A stretch of 61,876 nt of DNA, the filler included. It is 4 parts of 4 records of this genome, joined end to end, with 100 filler letters (N's around TTAATTAATTAA, not from the genome) between each part and the next. Parts side by side here need not be neighbours in the genome. Positions count along the whole stretch, not along the records: positions 1 to 18,354 come from SRR20825019_3091; 3 more parts are not named here. One strand, written 5' to 3'. The position numbers were made by a program, and so were the translations under genes. Below the pieces are notes generated by a model. It saw only the letters and a program-made list of their open reading frames with translations. It made no database searches and was not told the origin of the DNA. This document shows positions 1-12,849 of the stretch, one piece after another (position 1 is the first letter of the stretch; each line of letters opens with the position of its first letter).

Positions 1-20
1 CCCCCCCCCCCCCCCCCCCC
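1..20. repeat. poly-C tract at contig 1 start
   Basis: 20 consecutive C at the window start. Confidence 0.9.
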
Positions 21-347
21 GGCCCGCAGTGGGGCTTGCCTGCCATCCCACCGCTTTGCGCGGCCGGCCTGGCTCGCGACCGCCCGCGGCTGTCCCCCCA
101 CCGGCCAGGCAGCAAGGCAATCTATCCAGTACAATGCAGCCAGCAGCGACGAGGAACATTCCACTGATAGACCCTTGTGCAGTGTTGTACCGTGCCGCGG
201 AATCCCTAATGCGAAGGTGGACCACCTGAAGACTCCTCACCAGCGGCGAGCTCGATGATATTCTTTATCGTAATAAATGAGGTTAGGCGGTTCTACATGC
301 TGAGAATAGTGCTGTGCTTGCTTTTGGCTTAGCTTGTTGAGGCGAGC

Positions 348-1422
348 ATGCCTCGAAAAAAGAAGAAATATACAGGGCAAGTCGGCGATATCGTTGATGT
401 AAGTATAGATTTCCGTTGCCAAGCTGACCTAGACTTATTTGGTCTCTCAGCTTGATTTGTATCTCGTTGGGAGGCAGAACCAACGATGGTTGAAGAAGAG
501 ATATAACAAACTAGAAAAACAGCGTATTACTCACACTGAACTCCAGATTCTACACGATGTCTTTGTTGCTTTGGACGAAGATAAGTCTGGTTCCATTGGA
601 ACAGACGAGATTTGGATGGGCTTCAAGTCCTTGGGTCTGGACGTTGCAAAGAACTACGTGCAGCTGTTGGTTGACCAAGTTGATCAAGACGGGTCGGGTA
701 TGGTGGAGTTTGGCGAGTTCGTGGAGGTCATGATGATGTCGGAAAAGCAAGGTGGGGAGATTTTGTTGAAAGAAACTTGGGCGGAGGAATTAGCCAAGCT
801 AAGAGAGGACAAGAAAAGGAAGAAGCAGCCATACATTTCATTCTCACTAATCGCGTGCGGGCTTCGGCGGAAGAGAATATTGGAAGCCATCTATGGAGGA
901 AGACGGTGAGAATCATGTTGGCTGGTCGATCCAGCTTGGCAAGGACTAACAAGCTTCACCTTCCACAGAGATCACCCTCTACTTGCTGGTGACAATGTCC
1001 CTGACCACCAAAGGTTTAGAAAATCTGTGCTAGAAGGTGTAGAGTTGGAGAGTGAGCTAGGGACCAACCAGACGGAGCCAAGAATGCGCCGCCGACGAAG
1101 ACGCCCCCATGAGCTCATTGAGCGGAACGGAGGAGGATTCCCCGTGCTGTTTAAGAAGAAGGCAGAATGGAAGCCTACATACGTCAACACTGATCAGAAC
1201 CGCAGGCCAAGGAATAATGTGCCCCTGGAAGATCTCCGTCGGGCCAAGTCATGTCCACCTGAGAAGCTGCCGCCTATCAAGCCACGAACAGAACTTGAAT
1301 ATCATATGGCCGAGGTCCGCGTTTTTGACCACTCGTATACTCCTGATTACGCCCAGCAGCGGAAGGAGGACTACTGGAAGAGGTGCGTACCCAACTTGAT
1401 CGACAAACTGGAGAAGGTATAA
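348..1422 (+). CDS. EF-hand (calmodulin/centrin-like) protein, 3 exons
   Basis: ATG 348; introns 399-450 and 906-968 (GT..AG, branch gctgac/actaac) join ORFs 439-909 and 1027-1422 in frame; EF loops DEDKSGSIGTDE and DQDGSGMVEFGE. Confidence 0.8.
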
Positions 1423-1660
1423 ATCACAATACCCGACCGTCCCGGGCGGACCATACCTTAGTCCTTACACATTCGGATGTTGTGGGGTGATATGGACTGA
1501 AGGGCGATAGTTGATCTAGGCGCAAATCGTGAAATTTATGGAAGGATATCCAAATGGTGGAGTATCATCCTTGAATAACCATCAGATTCCAAATTTGATG
1601 CGCTGCCGGGCCGGATCAGCTCTCTAGAATGAAGGGGGGTGCTGCAGGAGCCCGAGCCAA

Positions 1661-3969
1661 TTAAACCTTGTACATTTTGATGAGGCGTGTGATGAATCCA
1701 TTGCATTTGGGACAGCGCTGCATGCTGCTTCCGCACCCCATGCACACTACCACATGCCCGCACTCTAGGATGGTGCAGTCAATCTTATTTTCACCGCAAG
1801 ACTTGCAAGTGTCCTTGTCCTGCAACCTTCGCAATGTGTTTTCTTTCTCGAGAATTAGTTTCTTCATGTTGTCCATCGAATCTGGTGATGTTCCAAGCTC
1901 GGTGCTACCGGAAGGGCCAGTTTGTGCGATAAGTGAATCTTGCCTACTGAGAGAATGACCCTGCGTTGGACTACCAGACCGGGACCCTCCCCTCGACCTA
2001 CCACCCAACTGCATCCTTTCCAGCACCGTAGTTACATCATCGATTGGGTCACCAAGGTCAAGCATCTCGTTAATGGCCCTCAAGATGTCCTTCCTCTTGT
2101 GGCCTTGGGCCAACAGCTGCGACATCACACCATCTCGATCCGCGCGGCTACGATCAGTGGCTCTGGCCAGGTCTCGCGACAAAGCTCGCGACTTTGTGTC
2201 CACAAATTCTGTGGTGGGGGTAAACTGTCCCGGCTGCAGGGGTAGCCGCCTCTTTCTCCTCCCGGAATCAAACTCTTCTTCATACACTTTACCATCAGCA
2301 CAATGGTATATCTGAGCACGACATCAGCACCAACCGAAGGATCTTGCCGCCAACTTACTGCTAATCCATGAGGTTGATGTTGATAATATTCTCCTTCATA
2401 CTGGTCTCCATTGCTGTAAAAGTACCTTCCGAATCCATTCTTCTGATCGTTCTCCCAGTAACCTTCGTATCGCTCACCACTGTGAAACAAAAAGGTGCCT
2501 AGCGGACATTAGCGATTTTGTTGTAGTCCTTGCTGATACTCACCAGCCCCGTTCATGCGACCATCCTTGTACATGCCTTCATATTTGTTTCCAGATGGAA
2601 ACACATTCTTGCCATAGCCGCTTCGTTTGTCAGCAACCCATTCGCCTTCATAAACTTCACCGCTGCAGAAGGACCATTAGCCCCCGGGTGCATGGTGTCG
2701 TAAAAGCAAAATCACCTGGCGAATTGAAACACGCCGAATCCATGCATCTTTCCATCGACAAACTGGCCTTGGAACCTGTTTCCGCTGGGAAACACGTTGT
2801 CTCCATATCCATTTCTCTTGTCGTATTCCCACTCTCCTTCATACACCTCGCCCGAAGCAAACGTAAATGTCCCGGTCCCGTGCTTTTTCCCTGCAGTTCA
2901 ATAAAATCAGGGGGAAATTCAAACAGGAAACTCCTATGCGACCCACCAAAAGCATAGTGGCCCTCGAATCGATTGCCGTTGGTGAAAACATTGACGCCAT
3001 AGCCGTGACGTTTGTCTTCCATCCACTCCCCATCGTACTTCTCTCCTGAGGAAAACACAAAGACGCCTTGTCCGTGCATTTTCCCATCTGCATACTGGCC
3101 TTCATAACGGTCTCCGTTTGGGAATTTATTCTTCCCCCTGCCGTTCCTTCTGTCATCGCGCCATTCGCCTTCATAAATTTCGCCATTTCCGAACATGAAC
3201 AAGCCCTATTACCGGATATTAGAAATCAACGGAAGCCTTCGAATCATTAGAAGGCGCCTCACATGTCCATGCATTTTCCCTTCGCAATACTCTCCCTCGT
3301 ACTGATTGCCACTAGCAAACCTGTTGAGCCCCTTCCCGTGCCGCTTGTCATTCTCCCACTGTCCATCATATTTCTCGCCAGAAGCAAACTCAAACACTCC
3401 GTGACCATGCATCCGTCCATCACGGAACTTGAGAAGTGCACATTAGTTATAAGAAACTGGCATAAATACAATGCACCCACCTCTCCATGGTAACGGTTTC
3501 CAGAAGGAAATACATTGGTACCATTGCCATTCCGCTTATCATTTTCCCATTCGCCCAAGTAGCGCTCTCCACTCGCAAACGTAAACGACCCCGTTCCATG
3601 TTTCTTACCGTTCTTGAACTGCCCATCGTAAACATTTCCACTCACGAACTGAGTAACACCTTGCCCATTCTTCTTATCACGTGTCCACTGCCCTTCATAT
3701 CGCTCACCGCTCGCGTAGACCATGGTTCCGTAACCATCCTTCTTTCCGCCTAACATTGTGCCTTCGTACTCATCTCCATTTGGTAACTTTAGGGACACCT
3801 TTTCATATCCTGGAGGGAGGGGATCCAGAGTAAGGGACTGGCCAGAGCTCGTCGATATCGGCATGGGTCGCACATCAGTGGACCTTCGTCGGGTTTCCGA
3901 TGCAGCTGGTGGCATCCCTTGTTGTCTTTCAGGGGGGCTTCCAGTCATCGAACACGCTAAGGAACACAT
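1661..3969 (-). CDS. MORN-repeat protein with C-terminal UBA-like segment and C3HC4 RING; 7 exons
   Basis: Many YEG(E/Q)W..(D/G)K.(H/N)G.G repeats across six short introns (e.g. 3428-3480); last exon has CKSC..ECGH..CMGC..RCPKC; start 3969 or 3948. Confidence 0.85.
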
Positions 3970-4031
3970 TTTTCACATACACTTTATTTATGCGGCCCTC
4001 AGGCTGACTTCGTGGGGCAGTCAGAGTTGCA

Positions 4032-4074
4032 GGGCGGCAGGCACATGATCTGCCGCCCCATGTGCCTGCCGCCC
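4032..4074. repeat. perfect 16-bp inverted repeat (hairpin)
   Basis: GGGCGGCAGGCACATG (4032-4047), 11-nt loop, CATGTGCCTGCCGCCC (4059-4074). Confidence 0.9.
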
Positions 4075-4179
4075 AAGTCGTGGTGATCACTATTGGGGCG
4101 GCTAAAGAAATGAGGCTTCACTCCCCCTTCACTCTTAGTCTATTGGTGTTGCGACTGTTACCATCTGGACCGAAAAGCG

Positions 4180-4880
4180 TCCGCCGGCCGGAGGGCCACC
4201 TTGACCCGGGAAGCTAGCTTATGCTGATGAGAAACTGAAAACGTCGCCTATGATCGGCGGGCGGTCGGGTCTCGCCCCGGCGGTCGGAGCCCGCCGCGAG
4301 GCCCGGGCCCTGTCATCACTCCGAACTGAAATGTGGGAGGCCGGATTCGGTCACTGAGCCGGGTTCTGATGCACCCCCCGGCGTTCCCGCCACCGCCGCC
4401 GCATGAAGGTCATGGGTCGCGCCCCGTGGCCGTCGCGACGCGGCCTGCCCGATGCATCCTCACCCGGCTGGCAGTGGCCGGATCAGCCCCAACTGCCACC
4501 GGATATTTGGCCCTTATTTGAGGTCAAAGTTTGCAGTCAGTCAAGGGCCAGTTACCGGACTTATCCAGTGAGGAGAGTCCGGGCCGCCCGGCCGCGCCCC
4601 TGAGCAACGGGCCCGGCGCGCCCCCGGCGGGCCGGCCGGCCCGCCCCGGCCCACCGTAAACCGCCCCCGCGCCCCCCAGCTGGGGAGCACGCGCCTCGCC
4701 GCCTCGGAGCCCTCGGGCCCGTCACTCAGGGGGCGCTGCGCCCCATCGGGCCTGGCTGGCACGGGGGGAGGGGTTCGCCCGGACGGGGCCCCGGGTATGG
4801 CCTCAGTCGGGCCGCCGGGCACGTACTACAGGCGAGCACCGGCGCGCTCGTTTGTGACCCGGCCCTGGTGACCGACATGG
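4180..4880. promoter_or_regulatory. GC-rich intergenic island, probable bidirectional promoter
   Basis: CCGG/GGCC-rich stretch between the divergent MORN-RING and Sfi1-like genes; only low-complexity spurious ORFs. Confidence 0.5.
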
Positions 4881-5028
4881 CGCACAGTGCTGATGCTCAA
4901 GTTTCGTTTTGCCATTGGCAAGAGAGATATTTTTACATGAGGCTATAGGTGAGCTAGGAGTGGAAACAGAGATACCGAACAGGTTGGAAGTGCGGTCTAA
5001 TGAAGTGAGTGTGTGATCACCGCAGAGG

Positions 5029-8000
5029 ATGCGTTTCTCACAACTTTGCAGCACGGTAGAGTCTCTAACAAAGAGGGCTCTATTGGCATCTGGTGACGTG
5101 GTAAATGAAGTTGTCATAATTCCATTTGGCGATAACTCTAAATTGAACACGTAGAATGATGCTAGGTCGGCTCAGCGCGTGTTGGAAAATTTGGTTCTAG
5201 ACAATCCCAACGTTAGGCGCCGAGTGAGGGAGATAATCGAAGACAGCCTTGGTACAGACTATGAGAATATGCGAGTGGTGAGTGGATGGTGCCATATTAG
5301 TGTGAGGTGCTTACGAGCAACGGCTAGGATGTCTGCTCCCGCCTTCTAACCAAAATGGACTCTGCGGATGGGAAACTTGCCGGATCACCAGGAAAGCCGA
5401 AGAAAAAGCCGTTGGCGTCATGGGATGGGGTAGCGAATGCACTTTCCGGGCAGAGCAGGTATGCAACGCATTCGGATGGGTGCGCGAGGAAAGGGTACTG
5501 AGGTGGGTTACGCATCAGAAATCGGGTGATTAGGGTCCTATCCCCGAGCCGGGATCGCCAAACAAGCCAAAGATCTTCATCACCGTTCGGTCAGCCCTTT
5601 GAAACTGTTATGCATCCTTCACCTCAGCGTGGGGAAGGCCGTAATATTGCTTCTCGGCAACTGTCTCCTCCGAGGAGCGCCGTGCTGCCTCTGGGGATTC
5701 ATGCTAGTCGGGTCGTGTGCTTGTCCTGCGGCACACACCACGGAAGAGGCCCGTGTCCTCGGCCAGCGGCGGCGACCGGCCGCGCGCAGACGAAAAGCAT
5801 CGAAAGGGACGGACGCGGACTGAAGCACGTAGCACCGAAGAGTGGAAATGTTGTGGTAGGGCAGAAGGAGTATGAATTGGTGAGATTGTATCTCATATCT
5901 GGCAGATCAATATGGTTGACCACATCGGGAAACAAGAACTCGAAACAAATGTGAGATCGCTTCAGCAAGACCGCGAGGAACTCCTGGAGAGGCTTCAAAA
6001 CGAGATTTCCAATAACCAAGAAAGAAATGACGAGTTTGCCGAAATTAGGTCCCGGTTGGAAGACCGCATTTCACATCTCACAAATGTCCGTAAATACCTG
6101 GCCAGGCGGTATTCAGGCATATTGCGCTGACATGTGTCTATTTTTAGGTTGTGCAAGGATTCCGACGAATGAGGACTGCCTTTTCACACATGAGAAGGTT
6201 GTCAAGTGCTCGCCACATAGAGCGGAGAAATGAACGGCAGACAAACCGGCTGGTCCTTCGTTCTGGATTTCGGCAGTGGTTGAGGAACGTAGATGAGTCT
6301 CGATCGGCAAGGCGCAAAAGTATGGCTCTGGCAGGCCGTTTCTTTTTGTCAAGAAAGATGGATGGTTTTATCAGCTGGAAAGGAGTAGTGAAAAATGCGA
6401 GGCGAGAGGACAGGATCCTAATGAAAATGTCGACACGAACGAAGCTAAATCGGAACAGAGAGATATTCATGACTTGGAAAGAACAGGTATTTGAGTGTGT
6501 TTGATATCATGCGACTATGAGGCTGATTGAGGTCATTCGTAGGTGAAAAAGAATGAATTGCAACGGCTATTGGTGCTCCGGATGTGGAAAGCAATCCAGC
6601 AACGCATATGCAGATATTGCCTGAACAAGTGGAAGATGAAGATTATGCTGAAGCGAAGGTTAGGGTTTGTCATATCTGTGGAGGATGCATCCAGATAGCT
6701 AATGGATCTTAATGAACGCAGCCCCCAGGTGGAGATGTTCATGCAAAAACGGCTCTCGATTGTGAGCCGCATGACCGAAAAATCACGAGTGCACTTTAGT
6801 TTCAGAATCTGGAAAATGCAATCATCCCTTTCAAATCCGCGCTCCCAAGGAATTATTTCAGCACTAGGAAGGTCGATCCAGAACCGCACCGCACGGGTTT
6901 TCTTTTCAAAATGGTCAAGCTTGACCTACACACATAAGAAACAACGAAGAGTCATGTCTCTCTTGATAGAAGGATATCGTAACCGATCAATAGAAGGAGG
7001 CTTCCATGCTTTTATGCATGCTGCTAAACAAGCAAAATTGATGCGAAAAGTCCTGAGGCGCATGAGCAACGCAAAGTTATCTATGGGCATCCAGACGTGG
7101 TCGGCTCGTGTATCACTGAAGGGCAAGGCCAACCTTCTTCTAATGAAGGAAAAGCGGCTGTCGGGCCGCCACTCCAAATCTACGCTCCGGGGAGCGTGGC
7201 AACTGTGGAGGTCAAGAGTGAGGGTCACGCTGCGAGAACGCGCACTCCTTTTGAAAGTGACGGCAAGATTTGCCCTCCGTGGCCTTCGAGGCGGTTGGGT
7301 ATCTTGGTGGTCATTTTTAGTTAACGGTAGGACTTGCCCTCTATAGTGTGGAAATCCCAAACCTAATTTATTCTACAGCAAAGCAACAGAAACAGCGTAG
7401 TGCTTTTGTGACGCGGCGGGTGTCAAGGGTTGTCCTCAAATCATTCTTGAGACTCTGGGCGCTCCGGGTAGATCAGTATGTAAGACTCCGAATGTGCTCT
7501 AAAACCTTCGGATTATTGTCCAATGATCAATCGAAGAGGAGTCGTTTGCATCATTGGCGGGCGGTGGTAGTTCAAGCAAGGAGCCTGCGCCTCGCATTGC
7601 AGAATAACTTTTATAAGAGTAACACCGCCGCCATTGCCCAAGCGTTTCGTTTATGGCATCAGCACTCTGTTCAATGCAAGCGCACCTTCAATCAGTCGAG
7701 AAAAGCATTCCATCGTTTCGCATCTTCGGCAAAATTCCACGCATTCGAAGCGATAAAGCACAATGCTGTTGTCGCTCGGACCATCGGAAACTTGACTGGA
7801 AGAGTGCACAGATCACAGATCAGAAAAATGATGAAAAGATGGAAGGGTTTTGTGAGGTACAGGTGGATGTGCGGGGCGGACAAGGGGAGGATGACATTGC
7901 TACGGAGGGGAATAGCGGCGTTCGCCTTGCCGATTAGGAGGAATCAATTTAATCAAAAACTGATGCGTATCAAGGAATTAATCACGGGGCGATCCGATCG

Positions 8001-8886
8001 CAGGATGAAAGCGGTAGCCATCCTTTTCTGGAAGGCAAGGGTGGACTTCCAGAGCCGAGTCCGGCAGATGTTGGATCGAGCCGACGTTAAGGATGAATCC
8101 ATGACTCGTAGGCGAGGATTCCGCCGTTTTGCTCAGAATGCCAAGGTGTTGATAGTCTCGAGGAAGCAAAATCAGATCATGGCTTTCCGTGCTTGTCGCG
8201 TATTCATAAGAAAAGCCCTCCACACTTGGCTTTTCTCGGCGAAGAATGGACGTCGTCTTCGTGCCGCTCGTGCACTGGCCTATGCCAAGTGCGCAAAGCA
8301 CTCGGAGGTGTTCTTATCCAGGAAGTATTTGTCGCAGTGGCGGCGTGCCAAGGAACTAATTATTCGCTCCCGGTATGCTAGCCAAATTTCAGCGCTGAGA
8401 ATGCGAGCCGAGACAGAAGAAGGCGAGCGTCATCGTGCTGAGGCCGCCCTGAAGGACCTCCCAAAAGATGTGGCACGGCTGCGATCAATGGTGTCGGAAG
8501 AAAAGAAAAAGAAGGAAGAACTGGAGAGGCAGCTGTCCTTTGAACGGTCAGAGCACATTCAAGTGAAGGAATTTTTGAGTGAGCAAATCGCAAATCTCAA
8601 GCGTCAAATATCAAAGGAGATCGCTTATAGGTCCCAGCTCCTTTTCGGAACCTCGACATCAGCGCTTACACAGTCCTTAACGCAAGCTGACGACAAGTTG
8701 CGGGCAACGGGTTCTGGCGGCAAGTTTAGAAGTGGTCATGATGGCGCAAGAACACCATCTAAGGCAGCAGTGAACACCCGGGACCCCCACGCACTGAACT
8801 ATGATGTGGGGGAGCGATTGGAATGGTCTAATCTCGTCCTAGAAACACAGAGCAAGCTTTCACGAGTCTACAAGCCAAAAGATTAA
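5029..8886 (+). CDS. Sfi1-like (centrin-binding-type Trp-repeat) basic helical protein with coiled coils; multi-exon, 5' end uncertain
   Basis: Periodic F/L..W motifs (GFRQWL, GFISWK, IFMTWK, FFSKWS, AWQLWR, FLRLWA, AFRLWH, YLSQWR) in ORFs 6151-6504, 6702-7346 and 7348-8886, separated by short GT-AG introns. Confidence 0.65.
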
Positions 8887-9210
8887 ATGTCCGTTGGTAT
8901 AGGGAGTGCAAAAACCATCATTCTATTGAGGTTCTAAGCCTCGACAACTTTGTCCAAAATGGCGCAAGGTAGGCCAGGAGCTCAGCTATTCATGCAGAGT
9001 ATATATCTACATCAGAGATGGTGCGCGCAGCCACCATAGCCGTAAGTCGGAGAGGCTCTTGTCTCTTTGGCATTGGTTTTTCTTTCACTTGCTATTGTTG
9101 CGATGAATATCGGACACGGGACCCCAAACACGCCAGGCATCATGACCAGTTTCCCATGTGCATCAGCCGACAGCGTTTCATTGAACAAACTTCTCAGGGA
9201 TTAATCTTCT

Positions 9211-11008
9211 CTACCACCGCATCAATTTGCCGCCCACCCGTCTGAGACTTGTTTGGGGCTGTTTGGAAGGGGACACCCGGACTGTCATGTGATCTAGCTG
9301 CCTTTTTTCCTGATTGATCCTAGGATAGTACAACGCCCCTCTGCGGCCCATCGTCGCAACACGGAATTCACTTTCCATTGTGCGTGTTGCTTCAGGGCCA
9401 ACAGTATTTTCTATTGTCCTGATTTAGGCAGGGAAACTATGGGTTGACAGTACTCTTACCGCGGATATCCACTGACTCAACGTACATATTCTGCTTGATA
9501 GCATTGATTAGCTTGACACTTCCCTTCGGTCCGATGCCCGAGTCTAATAATTGTCAGTCAACAATATGGCTTCATGTTTTTGCACATCCCACACGTACTC
9601 TTCAAGCGGAGGTCCTTTATGCTGCGACATTCAGATAACACGTTCGCAAGAACACCTGCTCCCGAATCTCCCAACTTCTCGGACCCGTCGTTCACTAAAT
9701 CTTACGATCAGCTGCAGGTTCAGAATAGCATCCCATAGCTCACCCACCTGAAATGACAACATTGCGGAAGGATGAGAAAGTAGCAGTCATAAGGCGATGG
9801 ACACTTTGCGGCCCAATCTTGATGACCGTGGGGAACGTTCGGACTGCACTATACCAGTCCTAAAGGCGCTGTTAATTCCGGCAAAGCACGCGATAGAGAA
9901 CTCATACCCAGCTGATGGTGGCATATTTCAAAAACACGCGTTGTTTGGTGTCATCCTTGGGCTTGAGGAAGCTGAGAATGTGTATTATGATATCTTCAGG
10001 GAGCTCAAGGCACGGGCGTGGCGAAGCAGGAGAAGCTGGAATTCCAAGAGCAAGGCGGGTTTCTGCACCGAACGTTAATCAATCAACATCGGAAAACTAC
10101 TCTGTCTGCATCCCCACCTTTCACATCAGCCTCAAGGTCATCCAGGAGCCTTTTCGTATTCTCTATATCTGAACCCACTGTATCAACCATACGGGCGTGT
10201 GCTAGTGTTTCCACACGTTGAGATGAAGTCCTTTTCTTCTGGCTGGGATCCAGGTCTTGGGGAAGCTTAGAGAGCGATGTTGTCGTCACCACTCGCCTCC
10301 GCCTTGGGGTACCCATTCCGTCTAAGCTTACGGGTGATGTTTTCCCTTCCTCGAGGATGGAGCTTCCTATAGACGACATCGGACTGCTCTTTGCAGCATC
10401 TTCAAGGAGAGAATTCACCCATGGTTCCAGGCGCTTGAGAGCCTCAGCAGAGGCAGGGTGGTCCATCAATCTATTATTTGATGTAAGGGCGAAGCTTGTT
10501 AGCACTGTCATAGTGAGTCATACCTAGTGACGTGCTGATAGCTGGCATAAGCGTTAACGTAGTCTCTGCTCCTTTCGTGAGCACGTGCAAGATTGTAGTA
10601 TGCCAGAGCGTAGTCAGGTTGGAGTCGGATGGCTTTTTGCAGGTCCGAAAATATGTCAAACAGCTTGTCCTTGTCTTTGTTTTCGTCAGGAAGGCCCATA
10701 AGTTGTGCTAGAGCTCGATTATTGTAAGCGAGGGCGGATTCCCTAATTTTCAAGCACTCGTTGAAGTCCTCTATAGCCTCAGCCAAGGCACCGATAGATA
10801 ACCGAGCCACCCCCCTATTGAACAAAATCTAGGCTAGACTCAGCACTAGGCTCTGCTTACATGTCCACCAAAAACGCACCTGAAAAATCTTCTTCTTGCC
10901 TGTCGTGAAGCTCAGCAGTTTCGTGTATTCCAATATAGCCGAGAGGTGATTATTTTCGTCTCGGTATCGGTCATTAGCAGACGCTAACAAGTCAGAGTTG
11001 TGCACCAT
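9211..11008 (-). CDS. TPR + F-box + LRR protein; 3' end uncertain
   Basis: ATG 11008; TPRs (FNRGVARLSIG..AIEDFNECL, AYNNRALA, PDYALAYYNLARA); spliced exon LELPEDIIIHILSFLKPKD (F-box core 9965-10003); RI-type LRRs KLGDSGAGVLANVL..IKDLRLK and NSGIGPKGSVKLINAIKQN..VESVDIR. Confidence 0.75.
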
Positions 11009-12137
11009 GTCACACAGTCTTGCTGGTCCGATCTAACCAGATGTGGTAGTAACCGAACCCCTATGTATATGCTTTGTACTCACTCGAACGCATTGGTAGT
11101 TCGTGTGGTTCCCTTGTTGGTGGTCGGGTCGTGTTTGCCCGTTGATGGTCACTACGTGTGACCACACCGAGATGAACCGTGGGCCCCGTCCGCTAAACAA
11201 TGCCGTGACTGGCACGCTTGCGATGTCCGCACCCTTGCCCAGCTCGCTCACCGCTGTGCGACGCACCGACCGGGCCAATGAAACCCACTACGCCGGCGCG
11301 AAGAGGCAGGGCCATCAGGAGTCGGCCGAACATGAATCCATTCGAAGCGACGTGGTGAAGGCCCGATGTATCCATTACTCACCTGCCGTTTCGTGATGGT
11401 CGTTTTAACGCGCCCTGAGGAGCTTCGGCTAAGAGTACCTACTCGGCGTCAGCGTTGGCGGCTGGTGACGTGGCCCGCAGCCGACGCTTCAAGCGGCGGT
11501 GGCGACTGCATCCATACTTGGTAGTAAATAAGAGGCCAATCACCGAACTTGAGCCCAGCCAATACAAAAACCTTAGGCTTAACCCCGAAACCGGAGGAAT
11601 TTTTTCCAATCTCCCAAAATCTCCCGCAACCAGAAATACTCGTTATGAAGAGATAAATTCAATATAACGAAGGGTACACCAGAAACGAGAGAGAGTGTCT
11701 TTTTGAAAGTCTTCACAGACGGCCCCGCACGGTTTGAAAAGTGATGAATTCTTCGGTTGCGCGGACGGGGGCCGGGCTGCTCGAGCCGGGGCTCTCCTCC
11801 CCCCGCTGACCACAGCGAGCGCCGCCCAACCCGCCGCCCGTCCCGTTGATCCTCCGCCGGGTCCTCTAGCTCTAGCAGAGGCGGGAGCGCTCCGTCCCCC
11901 TCCTTCTTCCTGTGCCCCCCCGCTCTTGCTACTATGCCGCGCCTACCACCTTGGGGACGTGTCACGAGCCCTTGGTGACGGTCGTACTGCTTGAGTGATC
12001 CTGCTGGGATATACGGCAGAACCTTGGGTGCCGACCATGAAGGGTCAACTCTCACCGCGCGCTCGCCACGTTCGCCACGCTCGCCAGCTCCCGCTTCAAA
12101 TATCTTCCACGTATTTGGTTTTCGGAAAAGTCAAGCC

Positions 12138-12755
12138 ATGAAGACGTCTAGTATCCTCATCTTTGTTACTATTTTTGCGTGCATTTATGCTGTTGGCGCA
12201 GAGTCAACTTGCGATCGCTCGTCTCAAGTGTTCTGCGCGTGCTGCAATACATGCAAGGCGTGCTTCAAGGACGGGCTGGTCTGCGAAGAGGGCAAAGACT
12301 GTATGTGCAACAACAACTTTGAAGGTTACGACTGTGACTGTTCCAAGTTTGCCTGCTCAGACTGTTTGAGCAGCCCCAAGGATGGGTGCAAGGGGGAGGA
12401 TGTCGGGTCTTGCAGTGGTCTCGGAGATGCTGCACGCCAGTGCGAGTGCACCCATGGCTCTGAGAGGACCTCTTTGGGCGTTCAGTTCTGCCTCTCCAGC
12501 CCCCGTCCGAAGAGACTTGGTGGCGACAGCCAGGGCCAGACCGTGGTTGTTACCCGTGACAGCGGCTGGACTGTGATGACCAGTGTTTCGAGGACAGTGC
12601 TGTACATATATTTGTGCATGTCTGCTATTATTCTTGTATTCTTTGTTGTGTTTATGAGGAGGTACAAGATCAGCTGGTATCAGCTCCTACCCGAGTTTTT
12701 GGATCCGGCATCATACAGGAAGTTAAATACAAAGCCCATGAACTTGGCGGCTTGA
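12138..12755 (+). CDS. Cys-rich type I membrane (cell-surface) protein
   Basis: Signal peptide MKTSSILIFVTIFACIYAVGA, Cys-rich EGF-like ectodomain, TM VLYIYLCMSAIILVFFVVFM, short tail; no introns. Confidence 0.75.
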   Translation: MKTSSILIFVTIFACIYAVGAESTCDRSSQVFCACCNTCKACFKDGLVCEEGKDCMCNNNFEGYDCDCSKFACSDCLSSPKDGCKGEDVGSCSGLGDAARQCECTHGSERTSLGVQFCLSSPRPKRLGGDSQGQTVVVTRDSGWTVMTSVSRTVLYIYLCMSAIILVFFVVFMRRYKISWYQLLPEFLDPASYRKLNTKPMNLAA

Positions 12756-12849
12756 AGCGATCCCACTGTGCATCTGAACCATTTTGTACAATTTCAAATC
12801 AACTGTGTTCATCCACTTTGCGGGATGGAAAGTTACTTTATTGCTGCAA

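Noticed and set aside
9202-9212. U6 snRNA-like AGAGAAGATTA on the minus strand
   Set aside because: Flanks do not match U6 (no ACAGAGA context or internal stem-loop).
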